From Gnetum montanum (taxonomy: Eukaryota > Plantae > Gnetophyta), in contig MNCI01000811.1 in NCBI GenBank assembly GCA_015680685.1, positions 174,381-238,380 of the forward strand: a DNA stretch of 64,000 bases. Reading direction: 5' to 3'. The notes beneath the pieces were generated by a model, which saw only the letters and a list, made by a program, of their open reading frames with translations, was not told the DNA's origin and did no database searches. Shown here one piece after another: positions 11,726-23,093 of the stretch (position 1 is the first letter of the stretch; every line of letters begins with the position of its first letter). The translations under genes and the position numbers were made by a program.

Positions 11726-14700
11726 CTAGGCGTCCATAACAGGAGGATCATCTCCCTTAGAACCACTAGCGTCAGGAGCCCCTGCTTCACTAGGGCCAGC
11801 CTCGTGTGCATCATCACCACCTTCATGATGAAAACACCAAAAAGAAAAAAAAATCAACCAACATAAAAATGAGCAGATGTTAAAACTTTAAACCTTATCC
11901 ACTAAGTTAACTTCGTAAAGGCAAAACGCTTACCATGGGGGATCCCCCTAAGCCAAACTCTAGCCGACGAAGGATCTTCTCCTCTGGGACGCTGGTCCAA
12001 TCTGTCCCACCCAGGCCTAGGTCAATGTTTGCCAAGGCCTTGCCTTTGTCGACCGCTGACCAGGTAGGACGTTTCAGAGGAAATTCACCTACCGATACTT
12101 CCCCAGAAGCAGTTGTGATGACCCTCTTAGGCGATTCCATTTATAAAATAGTGTTTTGAGCAAAGGTATCGAAGGTGGAACGCAAACCCAAACCTTCCAC
12201 AAACATCTCCAGCTGCCACTTTTCAATGGATACTTCTTTTAGCGACTTCTTGTACTGATGTTTATGGTTCTTCTCATCTTGACCCCACTTGTGAACCTTG
12301 GAAGCAAAAGCCTTCCAATCTTGACACTTGAGGTTCAGGAGATCAATTTGGGCTTTGCATTCCGCTATCCTCCGAGTCAGTGATGCATGGAGGTTCAAAA
12401 GGTTCCAATACCTAGTTTATGTAATCTCTGATGTTCGCCAAGAGCGATCTCCGCTCAGTCTCACAGCGGCGAACTCGTATCAAGCCTTTAAATCGTCATG
12501 CTCCTCTAATACTTGGGAGATTGCCTTTTCCTTTGCTTTTACTTGTAACCACAATTGTTCAACAGAACGTCTACAAGTCCACAACGACTTGGCGTTGTGC
12601 GCAAGGCTGTCCGCAACGCCTTCATAAACAGGCCTTGGCACCTGTTCCACTTCTGGGGAGAGCGTAGTCAAGCTTTCCATGCTGATGCCCTCAGAGGGAT
12701 CCCATCTTAGTTTAGCACCTACCCACGTAGAAAATATGAACATTAGAATTGTACAAATAAGACAGGAAGCTCCTAATCATTAAACGAGTCATACCTATAT
12801 CAGGATGGACTTCTTGGAGATGCTCAATAACTTCTTCCGCGATTCCATCCACAAAATTCGACTTACTTGGCATCTCTAACCAAATAAGTGGTTGACACGT
12901 ACGGGAAGAACTAACCTCAGCGGTCCCTTCAGGGGGAACCATCTTCATGGGAACGTCCAACCGTACTGTCCTGGTATCGCTGCCTTCATCTAAGCCAAAA
13001 ACACGAAAATAAATAAATAAGAAAAAGAGTAGGAGCCACAATTAATATAATAAAAACCAACTAAGAGTGAAAATATACCCTGATCCTTGTCACCTTCTGG
13101 GGGATCGCCCAAGTCCAAGTCGCCCTTGAGGAAGCTATTGAACATTTGGTTGATAGCGTCCTGGTCGTCTAAAGGTGCAGTTTCAATAGCCTTCTCTGTT
13201 AATGGCTCTGTTCCCCTGCCTTGGCTCTTCTCTGGGCTTTCCTCCTCATTGTTCTTCTCTGTGTACGTATCCTCCTCCTCTCTGATGGTCTCTAAAGCCT
13301 GCTTCCTCACTTCATCAAATCAAAAACAACAACGTAAGCAATTGAAGTAAGGGTTACACATAAACGAAAACGATAAAATGATAAGTAGATGGGCTTCATT
13401 CACCTAGTATCTTGAAGCGTATTTTCTTTACACATGGCTGGTTTCTCTCGGCGACTTGTTCTGTGAGGCGTTCGGGTCTTCAATTTCGATTTGGCTTTGC
13501 CAACAGTTTCCTTGATTACCCACTCTGCCCGTCTGGCGGTTAAAGGTACGTCCGCTGGCTCCATCCCCAGACTGTCCCGTGTATGGATGGAACCGCCAGA
13601 TGATCCCCTTGTAGTAATAGACACGGACTCATCAATACCTTCCGAGGCATCCTGCGACTTGGCAGTCGCGTACAAGTGCTTGACCCATGGACGGGATAGT
13701 TGACCCTGATCTCGTAGGAAAAACTTGTTTTTTGCACGCACCACAAGGAACTCGGTGAAACGACGAAGATAGTCGACGAAGAAGGCAAAAGTGAAGTGCG
13801 ATTGTGCTTCGATATTCATGCACAACCGCATAATCTCCTTATGCATGCCTGCCAACAAAAACTGAGCCCAATTGTACTGCATCCCAATTTTCAAAATCAT
13901 CCGCATGATGCGTACTGCCTCCACCCCAAAACTCCGCACCTGAGAGAGAGTTTTGGGAAACACCCGTGCTCAAAATAGGGGATGCAGTTCGTTTACCTCA
14001 ACAACCTTTGCCTTCCCCTGCATTGAGAACCCCTTGGTACCTTTCGTCACACCAAACCAAGACTCCAGTTCACGGATCGTTTGGAGCTCTTTGTGAGACC
14101 TGTCCAACACTACGGGTAGGCCATCTGCCAGCATGCCGAATAAGTTAGAAAAGAATACAGGCAATAGATGGAACACCACCATGACACCCTTAATCCGGGT
14201 GTTGTACTGAGAGACAGACTCATTGAAAGATTCCACGATCCCTATCATTTCCCCAATTGAGACATTAGGGCTTGGCATCATGAAAAGCTCTAGGAGGCCT
14301 GCATCATCCAGGCAATGAGTGAGGGACGGCGGGGCTTTCTTACATAACCACTTCTACGCCTTCTCTACTCCCTCGAACTTCATCAACAAAGTCATCTTAG
14401 TTCATCCAGTTGTCACAGGGTCCCCACCTGAGGGTTCATCAACTGTTAAAACAAGTTAAAAAAATCACATCGGTCTCACCCTAAACAGTTGAACGAAGCC
14501 ACTAACGCATGTAATAAATGCCACTACTCACCGTTAGTGGTAGATTTCAAGGTACTGCCAAAACTATGAGAGAAGACCGGTCCCTCCTCTGTCCAGTCCT
14601 CGTGCAGCCATCCACAGGCTTTGCACATCGCAAAGGCTCTAGAAAATTGCTCATGGAAGCAGACCATCGAACCCTTTTTCTGGGCCAGTACGGCCCCACG

Positions 14701-16111
14701 GAGAGTGGCAGCCATCATAAAGGCCTCTAGAGCTGTGCGAGTGAGGGCTATCCCTTCGTCCTCAATCAGAGTCCCATCTGGGTTAGTCTTTGGCCTGCAA
14801 ATAAACGCATGTTAAAACCAAAAATTAACATCAAACAACGACCGATGAAGCAAGAAAGTCAACTAGTCTTACCTGGTTATTCTGTACACTGTGCCAAGAG
14901 GATTCTGAAACAGGGTGTACGCGCGGGCAGCTATAAACAAAGTGTTGTTAATATAATCCAACCCTGGTGGCAACAACTCCCACACACGTGTTAACGGACG
15001 TGTTGACTTGGGCCCGTGAGTACTACCATCTTCATCAACAAACGGGCCCTTGTCAATGTCTTCCATGAAGACCACAACACCCTCTGCGGCTCCTGGCAAT
15101 AATGCATCAACTACACTACACGCAGTCACCTCATCAAAAAATGACCACATAACCACCTCGAAGTTGGTTAACAGGAAGGCTAGAAATTCGCCAACGCCTT
15201 CCCTGAACCAGACTCCCTTATTATCCACAATTAGAGCTGGGGGAAGATCGCCATCTTGAATGGGTCCAGCCCACGTCAGAACCCCGACAAGCTCAACCAC
15301 TATGAGGAAACGTTTGCTATCCCTGCAACCAATTGCAATGAAATAAAAGTTTACATCACAGTCAAAAAATAAACTAACTATTTACGCCCAGCATATACGT
15401 TGTGCCCAGCGTATACGCCCACCAAACCACTTCGAAAAACAACTTACGCCCAGCGTAGACGCTATGCCCAGAGCGTATATGCCTGTGACGCACGCTTCAG
15501 CGTATACGTTGTACGAAGCGTGTACGCCGAACAAAACATGATTCGAACGTAGCGTATATGCTGAACTCAGTGTATACGCCGGGCGAACATAAATACGCAA
15601 CATAAACCCAGCGTATACGCTACAAAACTCAGTGTCTACGCTGACGCTCGACCCCCCCACACACAGCATATACGCTGGTAAAACCCTCAGCGTATATGCC
15701 TGAATCCACCGACAACGTCAATAGACTACGCCAAAAAGTAATTAGCATCCTAGAGCAACACGCACAGCGTATACGCTGAACAAACCCTCGGCACATATGT
15801 CGTCGCGCAACACGATTTACGCCAAGAAAATACGCCGGATAACAAACGCCAATAAAATGGATGACAGTCTATGCCGTGCAGTGACGTGGGTGTGCACGCC
15901 AAAGAAACCCTCAAACCCTCTACGCTCGATCGTCTACGCCAAAAGAACCAAAACAATAACAGACAGAGATCAAGGCTTACCCGTAGGGCGTCACGGGCCA
16001 CTTCGACATCTTCGGCCTAGGCAGGCCCTGCAGCATTACCTCCGTCTCTTCGGCGAAGGTTAGGTCAGAACCCTTCTTCCCCTGGCCTTCCACTTCCTTG
16101 CCCTTACCCAT
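11726..16111 (-). pseudogene. About 8-exon antisense gene of A: NIF/FCP1-like pseudophosphatase, plant-transposon-protein-like domain and coiled coil, about 1060 aa
   Basis: Exons 16111-15981, 15322-14873, 14794-14532, 14442-~13404, ~13310-13079, 12989-12795, 12718-11934, ~11825-11726. GT-AG introns 1-3, 5 and 6 join in phase; intron 4 and the last acceptor are uncertain. A few in-frame stops, mostly CGA>TGA or CAG>TAG type. Collinear with B. Confidence 0.85.
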
Positions 16112-16282
16112 CGCGAAGTGTTCACGTTGACTGTCGAAGTGCACGCTGAGCGACTATCTTCGAGTTTGGCGTCTACGCTGGGTTGTCTGGCGTCTACGCT
16201 TGGGAAGTTTACGCTTACGCTTACACAGGTCGTACCTTACGCTGTCGTTGTTGAAAACAGGAAACAAATGGACCCATCATCC

Positions 16283-16290
16283 TTTATATA
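16283..16290 (-). promoter_or_regulatory. Candidate TATA box of A antisense gene
   Basis: TATATAAA on the minus strand, about 175 bp upstream of ATG 16111. Confidence 0.55.
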
Positions 16291-16504
16291 ATGCCTGTTG
16301 ACGCTGACGCTGACGCCGCCGCCACTTACGCCACCATCGCTCCGTTTTTGCCGTTTTGCCTCTATTTTCCTCTCTTTTTTGCCGAAATCTAACCAAAAAA
16401 TATATATATATATATATATAACTATTTCTAAGATTCAATTTGAGACAGTATTACATCCTGGTTCCTCCATGGACCCCGTTTTACACGTTCACTTAATCTA
16501 CAAC

Positions 16505-16648
16505 CCATTGCCCCGGTATGGCCTTAAACTGCCATCTCCTCATCCACTAGTGGCCCGGTATGGCCTTAAATTGCCATTTTCCCCATCCTTGCGTGGCCCG
16601 GTATGGCCTTAAACTGCCACTCACTGCCCGGTAAGGCCTTAAACTAAC
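16505..16648 (+). repeat. Pre-pol hairpin-TAAACT array (A)
   Basis: Four copies of about gcccggtatggccttaaact. Confidence 0.85.
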
Positions 16649-16683
16649 ATGCATCCAGGTGCGACGATAATCCACCATGATAC

Positions 16684-19600
16684 ATGTATACACACTTTAA
16701 ATTTCTGAAAGACATGAAACGATCCTTTCTTGCTCACGAAACTCTCGGTTTATTGGCAGGGATGAGCTCAATGGACTGCCAGCACTTAACCGCACCGTTA
16801 ACCATCGACGGACCATATGGCGCCATTACACGAGACTTTGACATAAACTTCATCAACTCAAGTCCACTAATGGATGACGCGGTCATAGCCTCAACACAGC
16901 AAACAACAGACAATTACCAAGGCATGACAAAGTTTCTTGACATAGAAGCTGAAAACATCACTGAAGACCCGTTAGCTGAAACCCCCATTACTATGCCTGA
17001 TGAGGAAGTTAAAATATTAAAATTAAGCATGCTATTACAACCATGCATGGCTCAAGACATTCAGAATATGCTTAGGGAAAACATGAAAGCGTTCGCTTGG
17101 TCTTATACGGACATGCCCAGGCTAGACCCTAGGATTGTCCAACACAACATCATTCTTGATCCAAAACTAAAACCGATAAAACAAAAAGCGCGAAAAGTTA
17201 GACCCGAAGTGGCGTTGGTAGTTTGCAATGAGATTACTAAGCTTTATCAGGCTGGTTTCATTCGGGCTATTGATTATGCCGAGTGGGTGTCAAACATGGT
17301 CATCGTCCCAAAGAAAAACGGAAGCATTCGCTTATGCATCGACTTCTGTGACTTAAACGTAGCAACCATAAAAGATGACTTTCCCCTGCCCAGCATCGAT
17401 CAACTCGTTGATTTGACTGTCGGACATGCCTTATTGTCGTTTATGGATGGCTTCTTGGGATATAACCAAATACGCATCAACCCTGAACACCAACTTCGAA
17501 CTACCTTCATGACACCATGGGGAACCTTTTGCTACACTATGATGTCGTTCGGTCTCAAAAACGCTGGGGCCACATATCAAAGAGCCATGACGTTTATCTT
17601 TAGTGATTATATGTTACAATCACTCAATGATTACGTGGATGACATAGTAGTCAAGTCAAATACAACCGAACAGCATGTACAAGACCTCGACCTAGTCTTA
17701 AAACGTTGTTTAAAATATCAGCTAAGACTTAATCCAAAGAAATGTGTTTTCGGCGTCAAAACAGGCAAGATGCTCGGATTCATAGCCTCTGAAGCAGGGA
17801 TACGAGTAGACCCCAATAAGGTGAAAGCCATTACCAACCTGAAACCACTTGGTAACCTTACCGAACTTCGAGGCCTACAGGGTCGATTACAATTCATTAG
17901 GCGCTTCGTAGAAAATTTAACAGACAAATTAAAACCTATGAACCACCTGTTACGTAAAAATGTCCATTTTAAATGGACCCCGCAGTGCCAGGAAGCCTTC
18001 GAAAATATCAAGACAGCACTCACCCGACTGCCTACGGTTTACCCACCCCTAAATAACAAACCATTTTACATCTACCTTGCCACCTCAGAGTTGTCCATAG
18101 CATCTATGCTCTGCCAGAAACGAGATGACGGAACCGAAGTCCCTGTATACTATTTGAGCCATGCCTTAGTTGCCCATGAAAAGAAGTACAACGACGTGGA
18201 AAGGTCATGCTTAGCTCTAGTCTTTTCTCTAAGAAAATGGCGACATTACCTCTTCCGTAATCAAGTTTATGTAATCTGTAAGGACAATGTATTAAGAGCC
18301 CGATGGAAAGCCATGATAGCCAAGTTTGACCTATACTACGTAGTGCAATCATCAGTCAAAGGTCAAGCCATAGTAAATCAAATGGCCGCATCGCCAATGC
18401 ATGACCAAGCAACCATAGAACCTGAATTCCTGGATGAAAGTATAAGCACAGTAGACACGGTGCCTGATGACTACGATGCCACTTTAAACTTCGACGGAGC
18501 ATCCACCTCTCGAGGAGGAAGTGCGGCCACCATCATCACTTATCCCTCCGGGGAGATCCGACCCTTTGCCTATCGCTTCAATTTTCACTGTACTAAAAAC
18601 ATAGCAGAGTACGAAGGTCTCCTTACAGATCTCACAGCAGCACTGGCTTCAGACATCACACACCTGGTAGTTAGAGGGGATTCACAATTGGTGGTAAACC
18701 AAGTCACGGATGTCTACACGTGTAAAGCTCAACATTTGCAACCATACTATGACTTGGTGAAACACTTAATGAAACAATTCAAAAACGTTGATGTGCAACA
18801 TGTCTCCTGCAACGATAATACCATAGCTGATGCGTTAGCCACACTAGCGTTAAATATATCGCCCGACATGTTTCATGCCTTGCCAAGCTCCGTAATCAGG
18901 TGCGATGGACCAATCATCTCCGAAACATTGCCGATCGCATCTATTAGTACAACACACACGATGGAATGGTATGATGACATAAAAGAGTACCTTCTACGTA
19001 GCGAGGCCCCGCGACATCTAACAAATGCACAAAGGGACGCTGTGCAAAAACATTCTAAGTAATATACCCTGGTAGGGGACACACTATGTCGTAGATCTTA
19101 CGAAGGCGTATTGCTAACATGCGTCACTAGCACGGACGTCCAAACAATTGTCGATCAGGTACATGAGGGACTATGTGGAGGACACATAGCACCAAAAGCC
19201 ATGTCCATGAAAATAAGACGCTTAGGCTACTATTGGCACCACATGGAATACGACTGCTCCTCCAAAGTCAAAACATGTAACATTTGTCAAACACATAGTA
19301 ACTTAATACATGTGCCACCAACCGAGTTGCACACAGCACAGATCACATGGCCTTTTCAGAAGTGGGGATTGGACCTCATCGGCCCGATAACACCCTTGTC
19401 TTCCGCAGGGCATAGTTTCATCATAACCGCGACAGAATACTTTACGAAGTGGGTAGAAGCAGCTCCCCTTCGAAAGACGACTTCTAAACACGTGTGCAAC
19501 TTTATCCTAGAAAACATTGTAACCCGTTTTGGCATTCCCATGACAATCATCATCGACAACAGGCCACAATTTAGTAATGCTGAAACAAAAACCTTTTGCG

Positions 19601-20205
19601 ATAGTCTGGGGATTAAGCATTCGTTTTCTTCCCCTTACTATCCTCAAAGCAATGGGCAAGCATAAGCAATGAACAAGACAATCATAATAATACTTAAGAA
19701 AATGCTAATCCAAAGCAAAAGGAAATGGCACGAACAACTAAAATACGTACTATGGGCATATCGCACTACACACTGGGTGTCCACAGGTAAAACTCCGTAC
19801 AGTCTCGTATATGACTCAGAAGCTGTTTTACCTTTGGAATTACAGGTACCATCGCTAAGGATCACACTCTCCGGACTCCTCGATGACGAGTAAAACAACA
19901 AGCTAAAGCTCATTGACCTCGACTCGGTAGAAGAAGAACGTGCACGCGCACTCGATCAGATCGACTGGTACCAAAGGCAACAACGACAGTGGCATCGGCG
20001 TGACATTAATAAGCGCCCAATCCATGAAGGTGACCTCGTACTCAAAGCTGCTCGGGAACACCCAGACAAATTCTCAACCAATTGGGAAGGGCCTTACATG
20101 GTCCTCAAGGCATTCGATAATGGCGCATTCAAGTTAGCTGACATCGAAGGGAACGAACTCGCTAATCCGACAAATCATTTGTACCTAAAACCATTCTATG
20201 TCTGA
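16684..20205 (+). pseudogene. pol: Pol of A: RT-RNase H-additional (archaeal-type) RNase H-integrase, with no protease
   Basis: RT: LCIDFCDLN, YVDD. aRH: FDGAS...NIAEYEG...GDSQLVVNQV...ADALA. INT: HEGLCGGH...CNIC, WGLDLIGP, NWEGPY. A few in-frame stops. Confidence 0.95.
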
Positions 20206-20225
20206 ACACAAGCTCAGGTACGTGT

Positions 20226-20595
20226 AAGTCCTGGAATTACGACTATAAACTAGTACCACAGAGAAGTCCTGGGATCACAACTCTAAACTGATACCACAGC
20301 TCGTCCTGGAATCATGACGATAAACTGATACCACAGAACAGTCCTGGATTATGACTTAAAACTAATACCACAGTGTCCGCAATGACAATAAACTACCATC
20401 CGTCCGGCATGACAGTAAATTGCCGCCGTTACAACCATCAGAGTCCGCTAAGACCATAAATTAGCTTGCCTCTTCATAGTCCGCTAAGACTAAAAACTGG
20501 CAACGTACCATTCGCCACGACGCTAAACAGGCAATGTCCAACGGGTTATGACATAAAACTAACCCACAATAGTCTACCAAGACTATAAACTGGCA
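20226..20595 (+). repeat. Post-pol hairpin-TAAACT array (A)
   Basis: About 11 units, e.g. gtccgctaagactaaaaactgg. Confidence 0.8.
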
Positions 20596-21417
20596 AGTTC
20601 ACATCCAGCTCGGCAATCCGCCGCCACAATCATCCATTGGCTTCACTGCATCGCTCGTCATCAATACTGCCATCATCTACATATAGGGCCTACCATCCTT
20701 CAACATCTCTGTGTCATCGGCCGCCATATAAGTCTAAGCTCGTCTATTCACTCACGGTTTTCTTGTCTCCTTGGCGTTGTGTTTGCAGGATGACACCCAG
20801 AAGTGTCGTACAAGACAGCACTTCATCACGAGCAGCGAGATAAGACATTGTTTGCAGCATACATAGCAAGACTGAATCAAACTGTTCACCAGTACGTCCC
20901 CATTCCCTGATAAAACTCCCCTATCCATTCACCAAAACACTTTATCCCGACATCCCCTTGACACACTCGGTACATTCGAAACACCGTACTGCTTTAAAGC
21001 AGCCGCAACACGCCACGCAGCACCTGCACACGAGTACAAAAGCAAAGTCAAGTTTACAATTTGCAAAAAAAAAAAAAAGACCTCTGGCACTTCCCATACA
21101 AGCCCCAGGCGAAAAGGCAGTTGTCTCAAAACTAAGTGCTCATGTCCAAAGCGGTCAAACAATATCTAGTTGCATGGCTTTGACTCCCCGCCAACAGGTT
21201 CCCCTTGAACACTAAACATGGGCCCTGCTCTCCCAAAGAATGTAACACATCCTCCCGTGACTTTGGCCTCGCCAACCGGTCCTCTTGACAACTAACCAAG
21301 AGCCTCGTTCTGCTAAAGCATGCACACCGCATGCCTGTACTCCGAGTCTGCTACAACAATGGCTAAGGCACAGATCAGCATGCCACATNTATCGAGTCGC
21401 TTGTGGTGTTTTGCACT

Positions 21418-21472
21418 TCTTTGTCGATGCCTCTCGGGTCGATTCCTCCAAGCGTCAACAAAGAGGGGCCAC
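21418..21472 (+). promoter_or_regulatory. Conserved stem-loop plus polypurine tract (A)
   Basis: ctttgtcgatgc...gcgtcaacaaag stem overlapping AAAGAGGGGCCAC, directly before the LTR. Confidence 0.8.
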
Positions 21473-22682
21473 TGAAACACCACAAAATTCGGAGCTTAGT
21501 ACTTGTCCGACCCCAAACAAGACCCCGGAACTCACAAACGACGTCGGTTGCATGATCGTAACACTTAGTTTTTGCTAAGTATATGGGACCAGCGTATACA
21601 CATAGCGTATACGCTCGATGTGTACGCCCAATATTCACTTCAGCGTATACGCCCAGCATTCTAGCGTATACGCCTGGCACTTTAGCGTAGATGCCCAGCT
21701 CTCCGACGTATACGCCCAGGCACTGCAGATGCGCACGCTCGACGACAGGATCCCCAATGACAGCATGAAGATAACACCGAAGAGCAAGGATTGAAGCAAG
21801 TGGCACCCTTCGGCGTATGTGCTCGGCATATACGCCCAGCACCCTGGCGTATACGCTCAGCGTTCAGCGTCTCCACCCAATTCACGCCCAGCATTCCAAC
21901 GTATACGCCGAGCACCCTGGCGTATACGCCCAGCGTTCAGCGTCTCCACCCAATTCACGCCCAGCATTCCAGCGTATACGCCCAGCGTATACGCCCAGCG
22001 TATACGCCCAGCAGTTGTAACATTTTGTATATTTATAAAGTGTATGCACCCGGTAAACGCGCCACGTGTCTCCCATCCCGAGTCTAGCATAACAACCTGT
22101 ATAAAACCCCCATTTTTCCACTTTCGCCGGATGTTTTGCAAAATCCTGAAGCATACCAGAGAACATTTACGCTGCGGAAAAGAGCAGAAAAACTTCTTAT
22201 GCTGAGAATTCTTGCACGCTGCAGATCCAGTCTCTTACGCTCCACCCACTCTGCAAACCGTCCGAGTCACCTATGTGTACGCCAGAGCTTTTCGGCCGCC
22301 TTGTGTTCCCACAACTGCGTTAGACCGGTGCACTGTACTCTGACTCTGTAATTCCATCGTTTCATTCGCTGCAAGTTCTTTTACAGTTTTACGTCAATTT
22401 GGCCCATGCCTCGCTCGTGCTTCGTTTGCATCTGTTTACGTTTTACACTATTTTTGCTTCGTTTACGCCTGCACGCCGTTTACGCATAACCCAGTGTATT
22501 AGCATTTGCCTACGCGCGGGGAAATCCTTGTCTGATCCGTGTGTGGACCACCCAAGGTACTCTGCCTCCGCTGCATTCCAGCACGCCCTCAGGCGTAGGC
22601 AGGGTCTTCTGTACGCGTCCTGCGATCCCGCGGCCTCTGTTTTTTTCCTTCCAGCCGGAGACCGACAATTTCAGGTGGTACA
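21473..22682 (+). repeat. 3' LTR of A
   Basis: Direct repeat of 5609-6754 with a different copy number of motif units. Confidence 0.96.
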
Positions 22683-22687
22683 CCATG

Positions 22688-23035
22688 ATCCACCAAGACC
22701 TTAAACTAGCAATTTTAACTTATAGTGTATCCTAGTTATAGTCCGCCATGACCTTAAATTGGCAATTTTAGCATTCATTTACATTTTATACCCAATGATG
22801 GTCTACCAAAACCTTAAACTAACAATGTTAACTTACAAACTTTACATTATTGGTGGTCCACTAAGACCTTAAACTGGCAATTCCAAATTACAACGTTACA
22901 TTGTTACAGTCCGCTAAGACCTTAAATTGGTAGCTTACATTATTACATTGTTACAATCTGCTACAACCTTAAACTGGAAATATTAAAATATAATTTTGTA
23001 TTGTTGTGGTCCGCTAAGACCTTAAACTGGCAATT
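22688..23035 (+). repeat. Pre-pol hairpin-TAAACT array (C)
   Basis: About 7 units of about 50 bp containing gtccgctaagaccttaaactggcaat. Confidence 0.85.
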
Positions 23036-23093
23036 ATGCTGCATCGCATGATTACCTTGTGTACATTTTATTGCATGTTACCCTATTAAATAG

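Larger units (their letters stand above)
5609..22682 (+). mobile_element. Element A: full-length Tat/Ogre-like Ty3/gypsy LTR retrotransposon
   Basis: TG...CA LTRs, 5-bp TSD CCATG (5604-5608 and 22683-22687), PBS, PPT, gag and pol. Confidence 0.96.

Noticed and set aside
16400-16420. (TA)n microsatellite; also the 29-bp triplication at 42270-42360 and poly-C at 1320-1333
   Set aside because: Simple repeats private to single copies.
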